From contig DSAU01000202.1 in NCBI GenBank assembly GCA_011046315.1, positions 1 to 33,872 of the forward strand: 33,872 bases of DNA, read 5' to 3'. Positions within the stretch are counted from its first letter, which is position 1; every line of letters starts with the position of its first letter. Origin of the DNA: a bacterium. Lineage in GTDB: Bacteria > Zhuqueibacterota > Zhuqueibacteria > Thermofontimicrobiales > Thermofontimicrobiaceae. Shown piece after piece: positions 26,950 through 33,872 of this stretch. Below the pieces are notes generated by a model that had not been told where the DNA came from, made no database searches, and worked only from the letters and a program-made list of their open reading frames with translations. The position numbers and the translations under genes are program-made.

Positions 26950-26995
26950 AAATCAAAACCCTCCCGAAAACTGATTTTTGGGAGGGTTTTGATTT
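26950..26995. terminator. Bidirectional stem-loop terminator between convergent genes
   Basis: AAATCAAAACCCTCCC (26950-26965) and GGGAGGGTTTTGATTT (26980-26995) form a perfect 16-bp stem with a 14-nt loop. It lies between the stop of the T9SS gene (26929) and the stop of the sigma-54 activator (27069, minus strand). Confidence 0.7.
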
Positions 26996-27068
26996 ATCAC
27001 CAACAGAGCGGTGTCAATTTTTTTTCGAGAAGCAACCACCTCTCGTGCTGATCGCCCTGAATGATTCA

Positions 27069-28634
27069 TTATTTTCTGTAGTCCGTCCATTTGATCCCCA
27101 ATTTTCGCATCCGCGCCCTGAGGGTGTGCGGATTAATTTTCAGCAGCTCGGCAGCGCCTCGGTTTCCTTCAATACGACCGGTGGTCAGCGCTAAAGCCTG
27201 GCTGATATGTTTTTTTACCGCGTCATCCAGAGATGATATTTTTCCGGAAAAATTTTGTTGTGAGCCATTGGTACTAATTGAGTTTTGGTGTTGTTCATAG
27301 CTTTCGTTCCATCCCAATGACTTTTTTATTTCGAGGCGTTTTCCATTTCCGAGTAAAGCGGCGCGATCGATGACTGCTCCCAATTCTCGAATATTACCGG
27401 GCCAGGAATAAGCCGCCAATATTTTAAGATCATCGTCAGTTGGTAGCAATGTGGGGAGCCCGAAACGAATGGCGGAACGACGGGCAAAATGTTCAGCCAG
27501 CTCTTTCAAATCTTCAATTCGATCGCGCAACGGCGGTAAAAAAACAGGAAATGTAGCGATACGGTACCATAAATCTTCACGAAATTTGCCCTTTGCCACC
27601 ATGGTTGCCAAATCACGATGAGTCGCTAATACGATCCTGACATCTACTTTGATGGGATGTTTTCCGCCGACTCGCTCCAGCCAGCCGTCCTGAAGGATGC
27701 GCAGAAAACGCACCTGCGCTGGCAGCGGAAGTTCTGCGACTTCATCCAACAACAACGTACCACCATCAGCCCGCTCAAACCAGCCTTTACGGGATTCCAC
27801 AGCGCCGGTAAAGGCGCCGCGTTCGTGTCCGAAAAGTTGGGAGTCAATTAATTCGGGTGGTATCGCACCGCAATTGACCCGAATAAACGGACCGGCTGCG
27901 CGCGTTGAACTGTTGTGGATGGCGCGGGCGATGACCTCTTTGCCGGTACCGGTCTCGCCAAAAATAATCACCGGAACATCCGATCTCGCCACCAGCCTAA
28001 CTCGTTCCATGACTTTTGCCAAACCTTTTTCAGCGCCGACAATAGTGTCGTCGATTTTGTTACGACTCAATTTCGTGAGCAATGTCTTTTTATCCGCTTC
28101 AGCGGCTTCCCGCAACCGGACTATTTCACGGACATGGCAGTCGTTTTCAATAGCAAGTGAAATTGGTTCGATCAAAATTTTCGCTATCTCTCTATGACGG
28201 AGGGTGAATTTTGCTTTTGAACGAGCTAAAAAAATAAGAAAGGGAAAAAGTTCGGATTGCTGTTTTAACGGGCATAGTAAAACCTCCGTCTGCTTCCAGA
28301 TATTTTCCGTAAGAATAATATCGAACAGATCGCTTGCTAAATTACTTCGATCACGATGCAAAATTTGACCTTTTTGACACCAGACAATCAGTCGATCAGC
28401 ATCGTTTTGAGTACATTTTTTTGAATAATAGATGGATTGTACGGTTGACTCATGGAAGCCGGCGGCAATTGTTGTAATCTGTAAATTGCTTCTGTTTAGG
28501 CTACGAATGAGTATTTGTGAAACTGGCAGCAGTTGTTGAACTATTTTTGAAATATTCGGCATTGATTCGGTGATTTTAATGTGACGACACGCTTCTCGAA
28601 AAACGTCCAATAATATTCTGTTGTATTTTCCCAT
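27069..28634 (-). CDS. Sigma-54-dependent transcriptional activator (bEBP) with an N-terminal GAF-like sensor, an AAA+ core and a Fis-type HTH
   Basis: Walker A GETGTGKE; the sigma-54 contact loop ERGAFTGA; Walker B LLLDEV; the R-finger region; C-terminal HTH (NRGAAELLKINPHTLRARMRKLGI). The N-terminal region of about 190 aa has no receiver Asp pocket, so it looks like a GAF or other sensor domain. Confidence 0.9.
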   Translation of the reverse strand: MGKYNRILLDVFREACRHIKITESMPNISKIVQQLLPVSQILIRSLNRSNLQITTIAAGFHESTVQSIYYSKKCTQNDADRLIVWCQKGQILHRDRSNLASDLFDIILTENIWKQTEVLLCPLKQQSELFPFLIFLARSKAKFTLRHREIAKILIEPISLAIENDCHVREIVRLREAAEADKKTLLTKLSRNKIDDTIVGAEKGLAKVMERVRLVARSDVPVIIFGETGTGKEVIARAIHNSSTRAAGPFIRVNCGAIPPELIDSQLFGHERGAFTGAVESRKGWFERADGGTLLLDEVAELPLPAQVRFLRILQDGWLERVGGKHPIKVDVRIVLATHRDLATMVAKGKFREDLWYRIATFPVFLPPLRDRIEDLKELAEHFARRSAIRFGLPTLLPTDDDLKILAAYSWPGNIRELGAVIDRAALLGNGKRLEIKKSLGWNESYEQHQNSISTNGSQQNFSGKISSLDDAVKKHISQALALTTGRIEGNRGAAELLKINPHTLRARMRKLGIKWTDYRK

Positions 28635-28699
28635 ATTACACCGTGTTATTTGATAGTCCGTTATATATGCTGGAATTAAACTTTTAAATAATACGGATA

Positions 28700-28722
28700 T
28701 TTTACTTCAATCGCAAGTAAAA
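28700..28722. promoter_or_regulatory. Palindrome TTTTACTT-N7-AAGTAAAA, a candidate enhancer (UAS) or operator
   Basis: 8-bp perfect arms at 28700-28707 and 28715-28722, centred about 60 nt upstream of the -24 element, within the divergent bEBP/cysP intergenic region. Confidence 0.35.
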
Positions 28723-28769
28723 ATTTTAAGCGTATTGTTTTTATATGAGTTAAAAGACTAACACGAGAT

Positions 28770-28784
28770 TGGCACGCTGATTGA
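28770..28784 (+). promoter_or_regulatory. Candidate sigma-54 (-24/-12) promoter of the sulfate transporter operon
   Basis: TGGCACGCTGATTGA fits TGGCACG-N4-TTGCW, except that the C of the -12 GC is an A. It lies 49 nt upstream of the cysP ATG. It is the only TGGCACG in the window. Confidence 0.5.
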
Positions 28785-28832
28785 ACAATCAATCTGAAAG
28801 TAGTCAAAATCATCATGAAACGGGAGGACACT

Positions 28833-29861
28833 ATGAAACAAGCCTTGGTATTTTTTTTGATATTATCGATCGGATTATTGTTGATGAGTTGTGGAAAACA
28901 TGAGACGCAACACGGCATCACTTTGACGCTGGGCGCTTACACGGTTCCCAAGGAGGTTTATCAAAAAGAGATCATTCCTGCATTCCAAAAATATTGGTTT
29001 GAGAAAACCGGACAGGTTGTTAATTTCAATGAATCTTATATCGCTTCCGGCGCCCAGTCGCGAGCGATTTTAGCAGGGTTTGAAGCAGACATCGCAGCGC
29101 TTTCATTGGAAAAGGATGTTGATAGATTGAACCAAGCCGGGTTAATCACCCATGACTGGAAAGCAAATGAGTATAAGGGTTTCGTGACGCGTTCAATTGT
29201 TGTCATTGGTGTCAGACCGGGAAATCCAAAAAACATTAAGAGCTGGGAAGATTTGGCAAAGCCTGGTGTTAGTGTGCTCTATCCCAGCCCCAAAACCTCC
29301 GGCGGAGCCATGTGGTTCGTAAATGCGATTTATGGAGCCGGTTTGAAATATAGCGAATTGATTACCGGTTCACCGGATCCCAACTATGCCAAACAACTGC
29401 TCAAATCCATCCAGCGAAATGTAAAAGTGATGGACAAATCCGGGCGGGCCTCGGTGACGACATTCGAAAACGGTGTTGGTGACGCCATAGCCACTTATGA
29501 GAATGAAATTATTTTAAGACAAATGCAGGGCAGGGATTTCCCGTACATTATCCCGGACGCCACCATTTTGATCGAAAATCCGATTGCCATTATTGATAAA
29601 AATGTGGAAAAACACAATAATCGAGAGGTGGCGGAAGCGTTTGTTAAATTTGTTTTTACCAAAGAAGTGCAGCGCGTTTTTTCAAAATATGGGTTCCGCG
29701 CTGTGGATGTTGAAGTGGAACAGGAATTTGAAGAACAATACCCTCTGCCAGATCATCTGTTTGATATTGGTTATGTAGGTGGGTGGGAAGCTGTGCACCA
29801 ATATATTTACGGAACGACCGGTATTTGGTCTCAGATCATGAAAGAGCTGGCACATGAATAA
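28833..29861 (+). CDS. cysP: Sulfate/thiosulfate ABC transporter substrate-binding lipoprotein
   Basis: GGGAGG SD; lipobox LLLMSC; the body (LGAYTVPKEVYQKEIIPAFQKYW...SGAQSRAILAGFEADIAALSLEKDVDRL...) resembles the Sbp/CysP family. It is followed by cysTWA. Confidence 0.85.
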   Translation: MKQALVFFLILSIGLLLMSCGKHETQHGITLTLGAYTVPKEVYQKEIIPAFQKYWFEKTGQVVNFNESYIASGAQSRAILAGFEADIAALSLEKDVDRLNQAGLITHDWKANEYKGFVTRSIVVIGVRPGNPKNIKSWEDLAKPGVSVLYPSPKTSGGAMWFVNAIYGAGLKYSELITGSPDPNYAKQLLKSIQRNVKVMDKSGRASVTTFENGVGDAIATYENEIILRQMQGRDFPYIIPDATILIENPIAIIDKNVEKHNNREVAEAFVKFVFTKEVQRVFSKYGFRAVDVEVEQEFEEQYPLPDHLFDIGYVGGWEAVHQYIYGTTGIWSQIMKELAHE

Positions 29862-30690
29862 TCTGGGGAAATATCTCGCTGTAAAAAAAGAAAAGTTGAT
29901 CTTACGAAGTTTGACATTTTTTTATATCGGAATACTAATTATTTTTCCCATTATTGCGCTAATTTTCGAAGCTTTTCAGGGCGGTGTTCATTCACTTTGG
30001 CAGAATATTTTTTCACCGCAAGCATTATATGCATTGCGATTGACTTTTTTTACAGCGCTGATTATGGTTGTCATTAATGTTATTAGCGGAACCGCCACCG
30101 CCTGGGTGATGGTGCGCTATAATTTTCCGCTTAAAAATATAATCAATTCTTTGATTGACCTGCCGTTCGCGATTCCCACAGTGGTTACCGGAATCATGCT
30201 GGTTAGTTTATATGGTCCGAACAGCGTCGTCGGAGCTTTTCTTGGTAAACGTGGTATCGAAATTATGTTTGCCAAACCCGGTATCATATTAGCGATATTG
30301 TATGTTACTTTTCCGTTTGTGGTACGGACAGTTCAGCCGGTCTTAATGGAAATGGATCCGGACATGGAGGAAGCGGCCAAAACTTTGGGCGCATCCAGCC
30401 CGATGACTTTTCTGAGAGTAACTGTACCGACGTTACTGCCGGCGATTCTGACCGGCGCTGCGTTATCTTTCAGCCGAGCTATGGGAGAATTTGGTAGCAT
30501 CGCCATTGTCGCCGGAAATATTCCATTCAAAACCCAGGTGGCGTCGGTTTATATTTACGGTGAACTGGAAAGTTATAATCAGCAAGGAGCGCTTGGACTA
30601 TCTGTTGTGCTGCTGTTTTGTTCATTTTTTGTTTTAGTTTTTTTAAATCTTTTGCAAATCTGGAGCCGGAGACATGAAAAAAAGCAATGA
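29854..30690 (+). CDS. cysT: Sulfate ABC transporter permease CysT
   Basis: Six-TM permease with an EAA loop (MEEAAKTLGASSPMTFLRVTVP), first of two paralogous permeases. Its start overlaps the cysP stop. Confidence 0.85.
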   Translation: MNNLGKYLAVKKEKLILRSLTFFYIGILIIFPIIALIFEAFQGGVHSLWQNIFSPQALYALRLTFFTALIMVVINVISGTATAWVMVRYNFPLKNIINSLIDLPFAIPTVVTGIMLVSLYGPNSVVGAFLGKRGIEIMFAKPGIILAILYVTFPFVVRTVQPVLMEMDPDMEEAAKTLGASSPMTFLRVTVPTLLPAILTGAALSFSRAMGEFGSIAIVAGNIPFKTQVASVYIYGELESYNQQGALGLSVVLLFCSFFVLVFLNLLQIWSRRHEKKQ

Positions 30691-31513
30691 TAAAATTCAA
30701 CTGGTTCGCCAATCTAATGGGATTGGAAAGTATGTTTTAATTGGGCTTGTGTTGAGCTGGTTTGTTGTGCTGACTATGCTGCCGGTTTTAGGTATCATCA
30801 GAGAAACTTTTAAAAGCGGATGGCAGATATTTGTTTCATCATTATCAGATTCGGCTTCGAGGCACGCTTTTATGCTGACATTCTGGATTACACTGGGCAC
30901 GATAATTGTGAACACAATTTTTGGGATTGTATTAGCGGTGGTACTGGTTAAAGATCATTTTCGCGGGAAGCTATTATTCGAGGGGCTGGTCGATTTGCCG
31001 TTTGCGGTTTCACCGGTGGTTGCTGGTTTTATGTTCATTATTTTATTCGGTCCTAATGGTTGGATTGGCAATTGGTTTGAGGCGCGCCAATTGAAAATTG
31101 TCTATGCCTTTCCCGGGATGTTGGTCGCGACATTGTTCGTCACCCTTCCGTTTGTCGCCAGGGAGGTTATTCCGGTGTTAAAGGAATTCGGACTCCATCA
31201 GGAAGAAGCTGCCTATATTTTGGGCGCTTCCAAATGGCAGACTTTCTGGAAAGTTACTATGCCTTCGATCAAATGGGGACTGGCTTATGGGGTGACTTTA
31301 ACCATTGCCCGTTCCATTGGTGAGTTTGGCGCTGTGCTGGTGGTCAGCGGTAGTATTATCAATAAAACCCAGACCGCAACCCTTCATATTCATCAGGAAT
31401 TTACTGATTTTAATTACGCCGGCGCTTTTTCAGCAGCCGTTGTATTGGCATTAATATCATTTATTATTTTAACGACGATGCAGTGTGTTTATCGACGAAA
31501 AGAGGTGGGTTAA
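30674..31513 (+). CDS. cysW: Sulfate ABC transporter permease CysW
   Basis: Second permease, with an EAA loop (QEEAAYILGASKWQTFWKVTMP). It overlaps the end of cysT. Confidence 0.85.
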   Translation: MKKSNDKIQLVRQSNGIGKYVLIGLVLSWFVVLTMLPVLGIIRETFKSGWQIFVSSLSDSASRHAFMLTFWITLGTIIVNTIFGIVLAVVLVKDHFRGKLLFEGLVDLPFAVSPVVAGFMFIILFGPNGWIGNWFEARQLKIVYAFPGMLVATLFVTLPFVAREVIPVLKEFGLHQEEAAYILGASKWQTFWKVTMPSIKWGLAYGVTLTIARSIGEFGAVLVVSGSIINKTQTATLHIHQEFTDFNYAGAFSAAVVLALISFIILTTMQCVYRRKEVG

Positions 31514-31515
31514 TC

Positions 31516-32616
31516 ATGGGAATAATTATTAAAAATATTTGCAAAAGATTTGGTGATTTTATCGCAGTAGACAATGTCAGTTTCGAGGTAAAAGAGGGTG
31601 AACTAGTGGCTTTGCTTGGTCCCAGCGGTTGTGGTAAGAGCACAATCTTGAGAATTATTGCCGGACTGGAGACGCCGGACAGTGGGGAAATATTTTTAAC
31701 TGGCAAAAACGTGACCACACTCGCTCCGCAGAAGCGAAAACTCGGCTTTGTGTTTCAACACTACGCCCTGTTCAAACACATGAATGTGGAAAAAAATATT
31801 GCTTTTGGTATAGAAATTCAAAAAAAGTCAAAAGCAGAAATCAAGTCGAAAGTCGAAAAATTAATTAACTTAGTCAAATTGCAAGGGTATGAAAGACATT
31901 ATCCGGATCAACTCTCAGGCGGGCAACGGCAACGAGTGGCACTGGCGCGTGCGCTGGCAACGGAGACTAAAGTCTTATTGCTGGATGAACCATTCGGTGC
32001 GCTTGACGCTAAAGTCAGAGAGAATTTGTCTCAATGGCTGAGAGAATTTCACCAAAAATTAAACATTACCAGTATATTTGTGACCCATGATCAGAATGAA
32101 GCCATTGAAATTTCAGATAAAATTGTGGTTATCAGTAAAGGTAGAGTAGCTCAGATCGGAAATGCCAAACAAGTTTATGAGCATCCGAACAGCAAATTTG
32201 TAGCTAGTTTTATCGGACAGGTGAATGTTGTGGATGCGGTTGTAAAAAACGGTCAAATATTTGTAAAAGGCGCAAATTTGGAACTCAAGCTTCCAGCAAA
32301 AAAAGAATTGAAGAATGGTGACATTGTTTTGTTGGTCAGACCTGAAGATGTGATAATTAAGAAAAAAGGTGATAACACCAGAGACCTGTTAGCAATAATA
32401 AAGCGTATTCATTATCGCGGAAATCACTACGAAATTGACTGCCTTGTCAATGGTATGGAGCTCAAATTAATCGAATATAAACGAAATGTTTTTCAGGATA
32501 ATTGGAAAGAGAATCAAAAAATTTTTCTTAATTTTCGGACCTTCCGCACGTTCCAGGCTGAAGAAGGTCACCAACATCTTCATCGAAAATTAAAGGAAAC
32601 CGGTTATATTGAATAG
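31516..32616 (+). CDS. cysA: Sulfate ABC transporter ATP-binding protein CysA
   Basis: Walker A GPSGCGKST, Q-loop FQHYALF, signature LSGGQRQR, Walker B LLLDEPFGALD, and a C-terminal TOBE-like regulatory domain. ATG at 31516 after GAGGTGGG. Confidence 0.9.
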   Translation: MGIIIKNICKRFGDFIAVDNVSFEVKEGELVALLGPSGCGKSTILRIIAGLETPDSGEIFLTGKNVTTLAPQKRKLGFVFQHYALFKHMNVEKNIAFGIEIQKKSKAEIKSKVEKLINLVKLQGYERHYPDQLSGGQRQRVALARALATETKVLLLDEPFGALDAKVRENLSQWLREFHQKLNITSIFVTHDQNEAIEISDKIVVISKGRVAQIGNAKQVYEHPNSKFVASFIGQVNVVDAVVKNGQIFVKGANLELKLPAKKELKNGDIVLLVRPEDVIIKKKGDNTRDLLAIIKRIHYRGNHYEIDCLVNGMELKLIEYKRNVFQDNWKENQKIFLNFRTFRTFQAEEGHQHLHRKLKETGYIE

Positions 32617-32914
32617 TTGAAAAAAATATTTAAAAGACAGGTGATGGAAAAGCTGTAATATAAAAAGGAAATTGTTTTGGTTGTAATGCTGTTGCTGATT
32701 GGGAATTGCGCTGGTTTTATAAATTTTTAAACCCGAATTATCGCGCTGCTTGTTTTTAAGCATTTATTCAAGAAGAATGATTAAAAAACATTCCGAACCG
32801 CTTCAACAGTTTTAAAAGGAACCGCGTTAAAACGTAGTGTTAATTCAATGAAATTATTGTATTATTAAAATAGTAAAAGTGGACAGATTCTAAATAAGCT
32901 ATGGGCGTTAATTT

Positions 32915-33872
32915 TTATTTTTTGTTGGGAGTTGAGGTTGGAGTTTCGTTTTGGAAAATTGCTTCGGCTTTGTCAGTAAATCCAATATTCGCATAAGCCA
33001 TGGCTAACAAATTTAACACATCAGGATTGCCAGCGTTTTTATTTACGGCTTGTTTTAAATAATGGATTGCGGTTTTAAAATATGCCGTTGCCTGGATTTT
33101 GAACGCATCAATCTCCTCAACTGAAAGCGTTGTGGAGTCAAGCTCAACGTTTTCTTGCAGATAAATGATAATATCTTGACCCAAACTGAAGTAGCACTCG
33201 CCTAATAAAACTATTGCTTCGTCATCGTCAACGTTGTTTTTTGCAACTTTTTCAAGCTGTTTGATCGCTTCAAGATAATCGCCTTGTTGAAAATAGAGAC
33301 GTCCCAGGTTGAATATCAAATCTGAATCATCTGGGTTCATTGACAGGGCTTTTTGATAAAGTTTAATTGCCCGGGTTATATCACCGAGATAATCGAAAGC
33401 AATTGCCTGTTGAATAATGGCATCGATATGATCAGGAAAAACCGATAAGACGCTGTCCATAGTTTGAATGGTTTTTTCAAACTGATTTTGGTTATTAAAT
33501 AATTCGGCTACGTAAAACATCAAATCCAAATTTTCTTTATCAAGCACAAACGCAGTTTGATAGTGGACAATTGCTGAATCAACGTTGTTGACACATTCCG
33601 CCACCAAGCCCAGGTTGATGTAAGCTTCGGCGCGTTTTTCATCGATGATAATGCAGTTGTTAAAATCAATTCCGGCCTCGTCAAATTGGTTGTTTTCGAA
33701 ATTTGTTACACCCTGATTGAATGAATAACACCAGAATTCATCTTTAAGGTATTCAATCGCTTCGTTAAATTGGTGCAGGTTATTATTCAGAGTTGACATG
33801 TAGAATTCAGCCGAGTCAAGAGCGGCTTTCATTTTGGGATAATCCTGCTTCATCCCATAGCACTGCCCCAGG
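32915..33872 (-). CDS. Tetratricopeptide-repeat protein (5-prime end probably beyond the window edge)
   Basis: Multiple 34-aa TPR-like units (for example AEAYINLGLVAECVNNVDSAIVHYQTAFVLDKEN and DLIFNLGRLYFQQGDYLEAIKQLEKV). The frame stays open upstream of the called Met (..LGQCYGMKQDY) to the window end. Confidence 0.7.
   Translation of the reverse strand, partial: LGQCYGMKQDYPKMKAALDSAEFYMSTLNNNLHQFNEAIEYLKDEFWCYSFNQGVTNFENNQFDEAGIDFNNCIIIDEKRAEAYINLGLVAECVNNVDSAIVHYQTAFVLDKENLDLMFYVAELFNNQNQFEKTIQTMDSVLSVFPDHIDAIIQQAIAFDYLGDITRAIKLYQKALSMNPDDSDLIFNLGRLYFQQGDYLEAIKQLEKVAKNNVDDDEAIVLLGECYFSLGQDIIIYLQENVELDSTTLSVEEIDAFKIQATAYFKTAIHYLKQAVNKNAGNPDVLNLLAMAYANIGFTDKAEAIFQNETPTSTPNKK

Noticed and set aside
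26940-27194. 84-aa plus-strand ORF after the T9SS gene.
   Set aside because: It starts with TTG, runs straight through the 16-bp terminator stem-loop, and then overlaps the 3-prime end of the sigma-54 activator on the opposite strand.
27657-28197. Plus-strand ORFs (64, 166 and 81 aa) inside the sigma-54 activator gene.
   Set aside because: They are antisense to a gene with a complete AAA+/GAFTGA/HTH signature. They are Ser/Arg/Pro-rich shadow frames.

Overview
The window is an AT-leaning, mostly co-directional stretch of bacterial chromosome with about 30 genes. I found no rRNA, tRNA, CRISPR array, transposase or prophage. A C-terminal sorting domain of the type IX secretion kind (LLPNYPNPFNPET...) on one surface protein suggests an uncultivated FCB-group-like lineage; this is inference only.

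The conserved housekeeping genes are:
- dcd and ccmC plus a ccmD-like gene
- radA and tgt
- yajC-def-fmt-rsmB-(PASTA-only protein)-rpe
- a cold-shock protein gene, xerD and birA-coaX
- a sulfate ABC transporter operon, cysP/sbp-cysT-cysW-cysA

The less ordinary content is:
1. A same-strand trio of SAM methyltransferase, Rad50/SbcC-like zinc-hook ATPase and minimal Smr nuclease, with no SbcD/Mre11 gene nearby. This is my best candidate for an undescribed module.
2. A lipoprotein of about 1170 aa made only of 17 tandem SH3b domains. It follows about 680 nt of non-coding DNA and precedes a coiled-coil, lysine-tailed membrane protein.
3. A GAF-type sigma-54 enhancer-binding protein encoded divergently from the sulfate transporter operon, with a near-consensus -24/-12 element and an upstream palindrome between them.
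4. An IscU/NifU-type Fe-S scaffold domain fused to a class I SAM methyltransferase.
5. A dispersed non-coding repeat of about 150 nt present twice, plus several short phased direct repeats and a 16-bp perfect inverted repeat in intergenic DNA.

All functional calls come from reading motifs in the translations. No database search was run.
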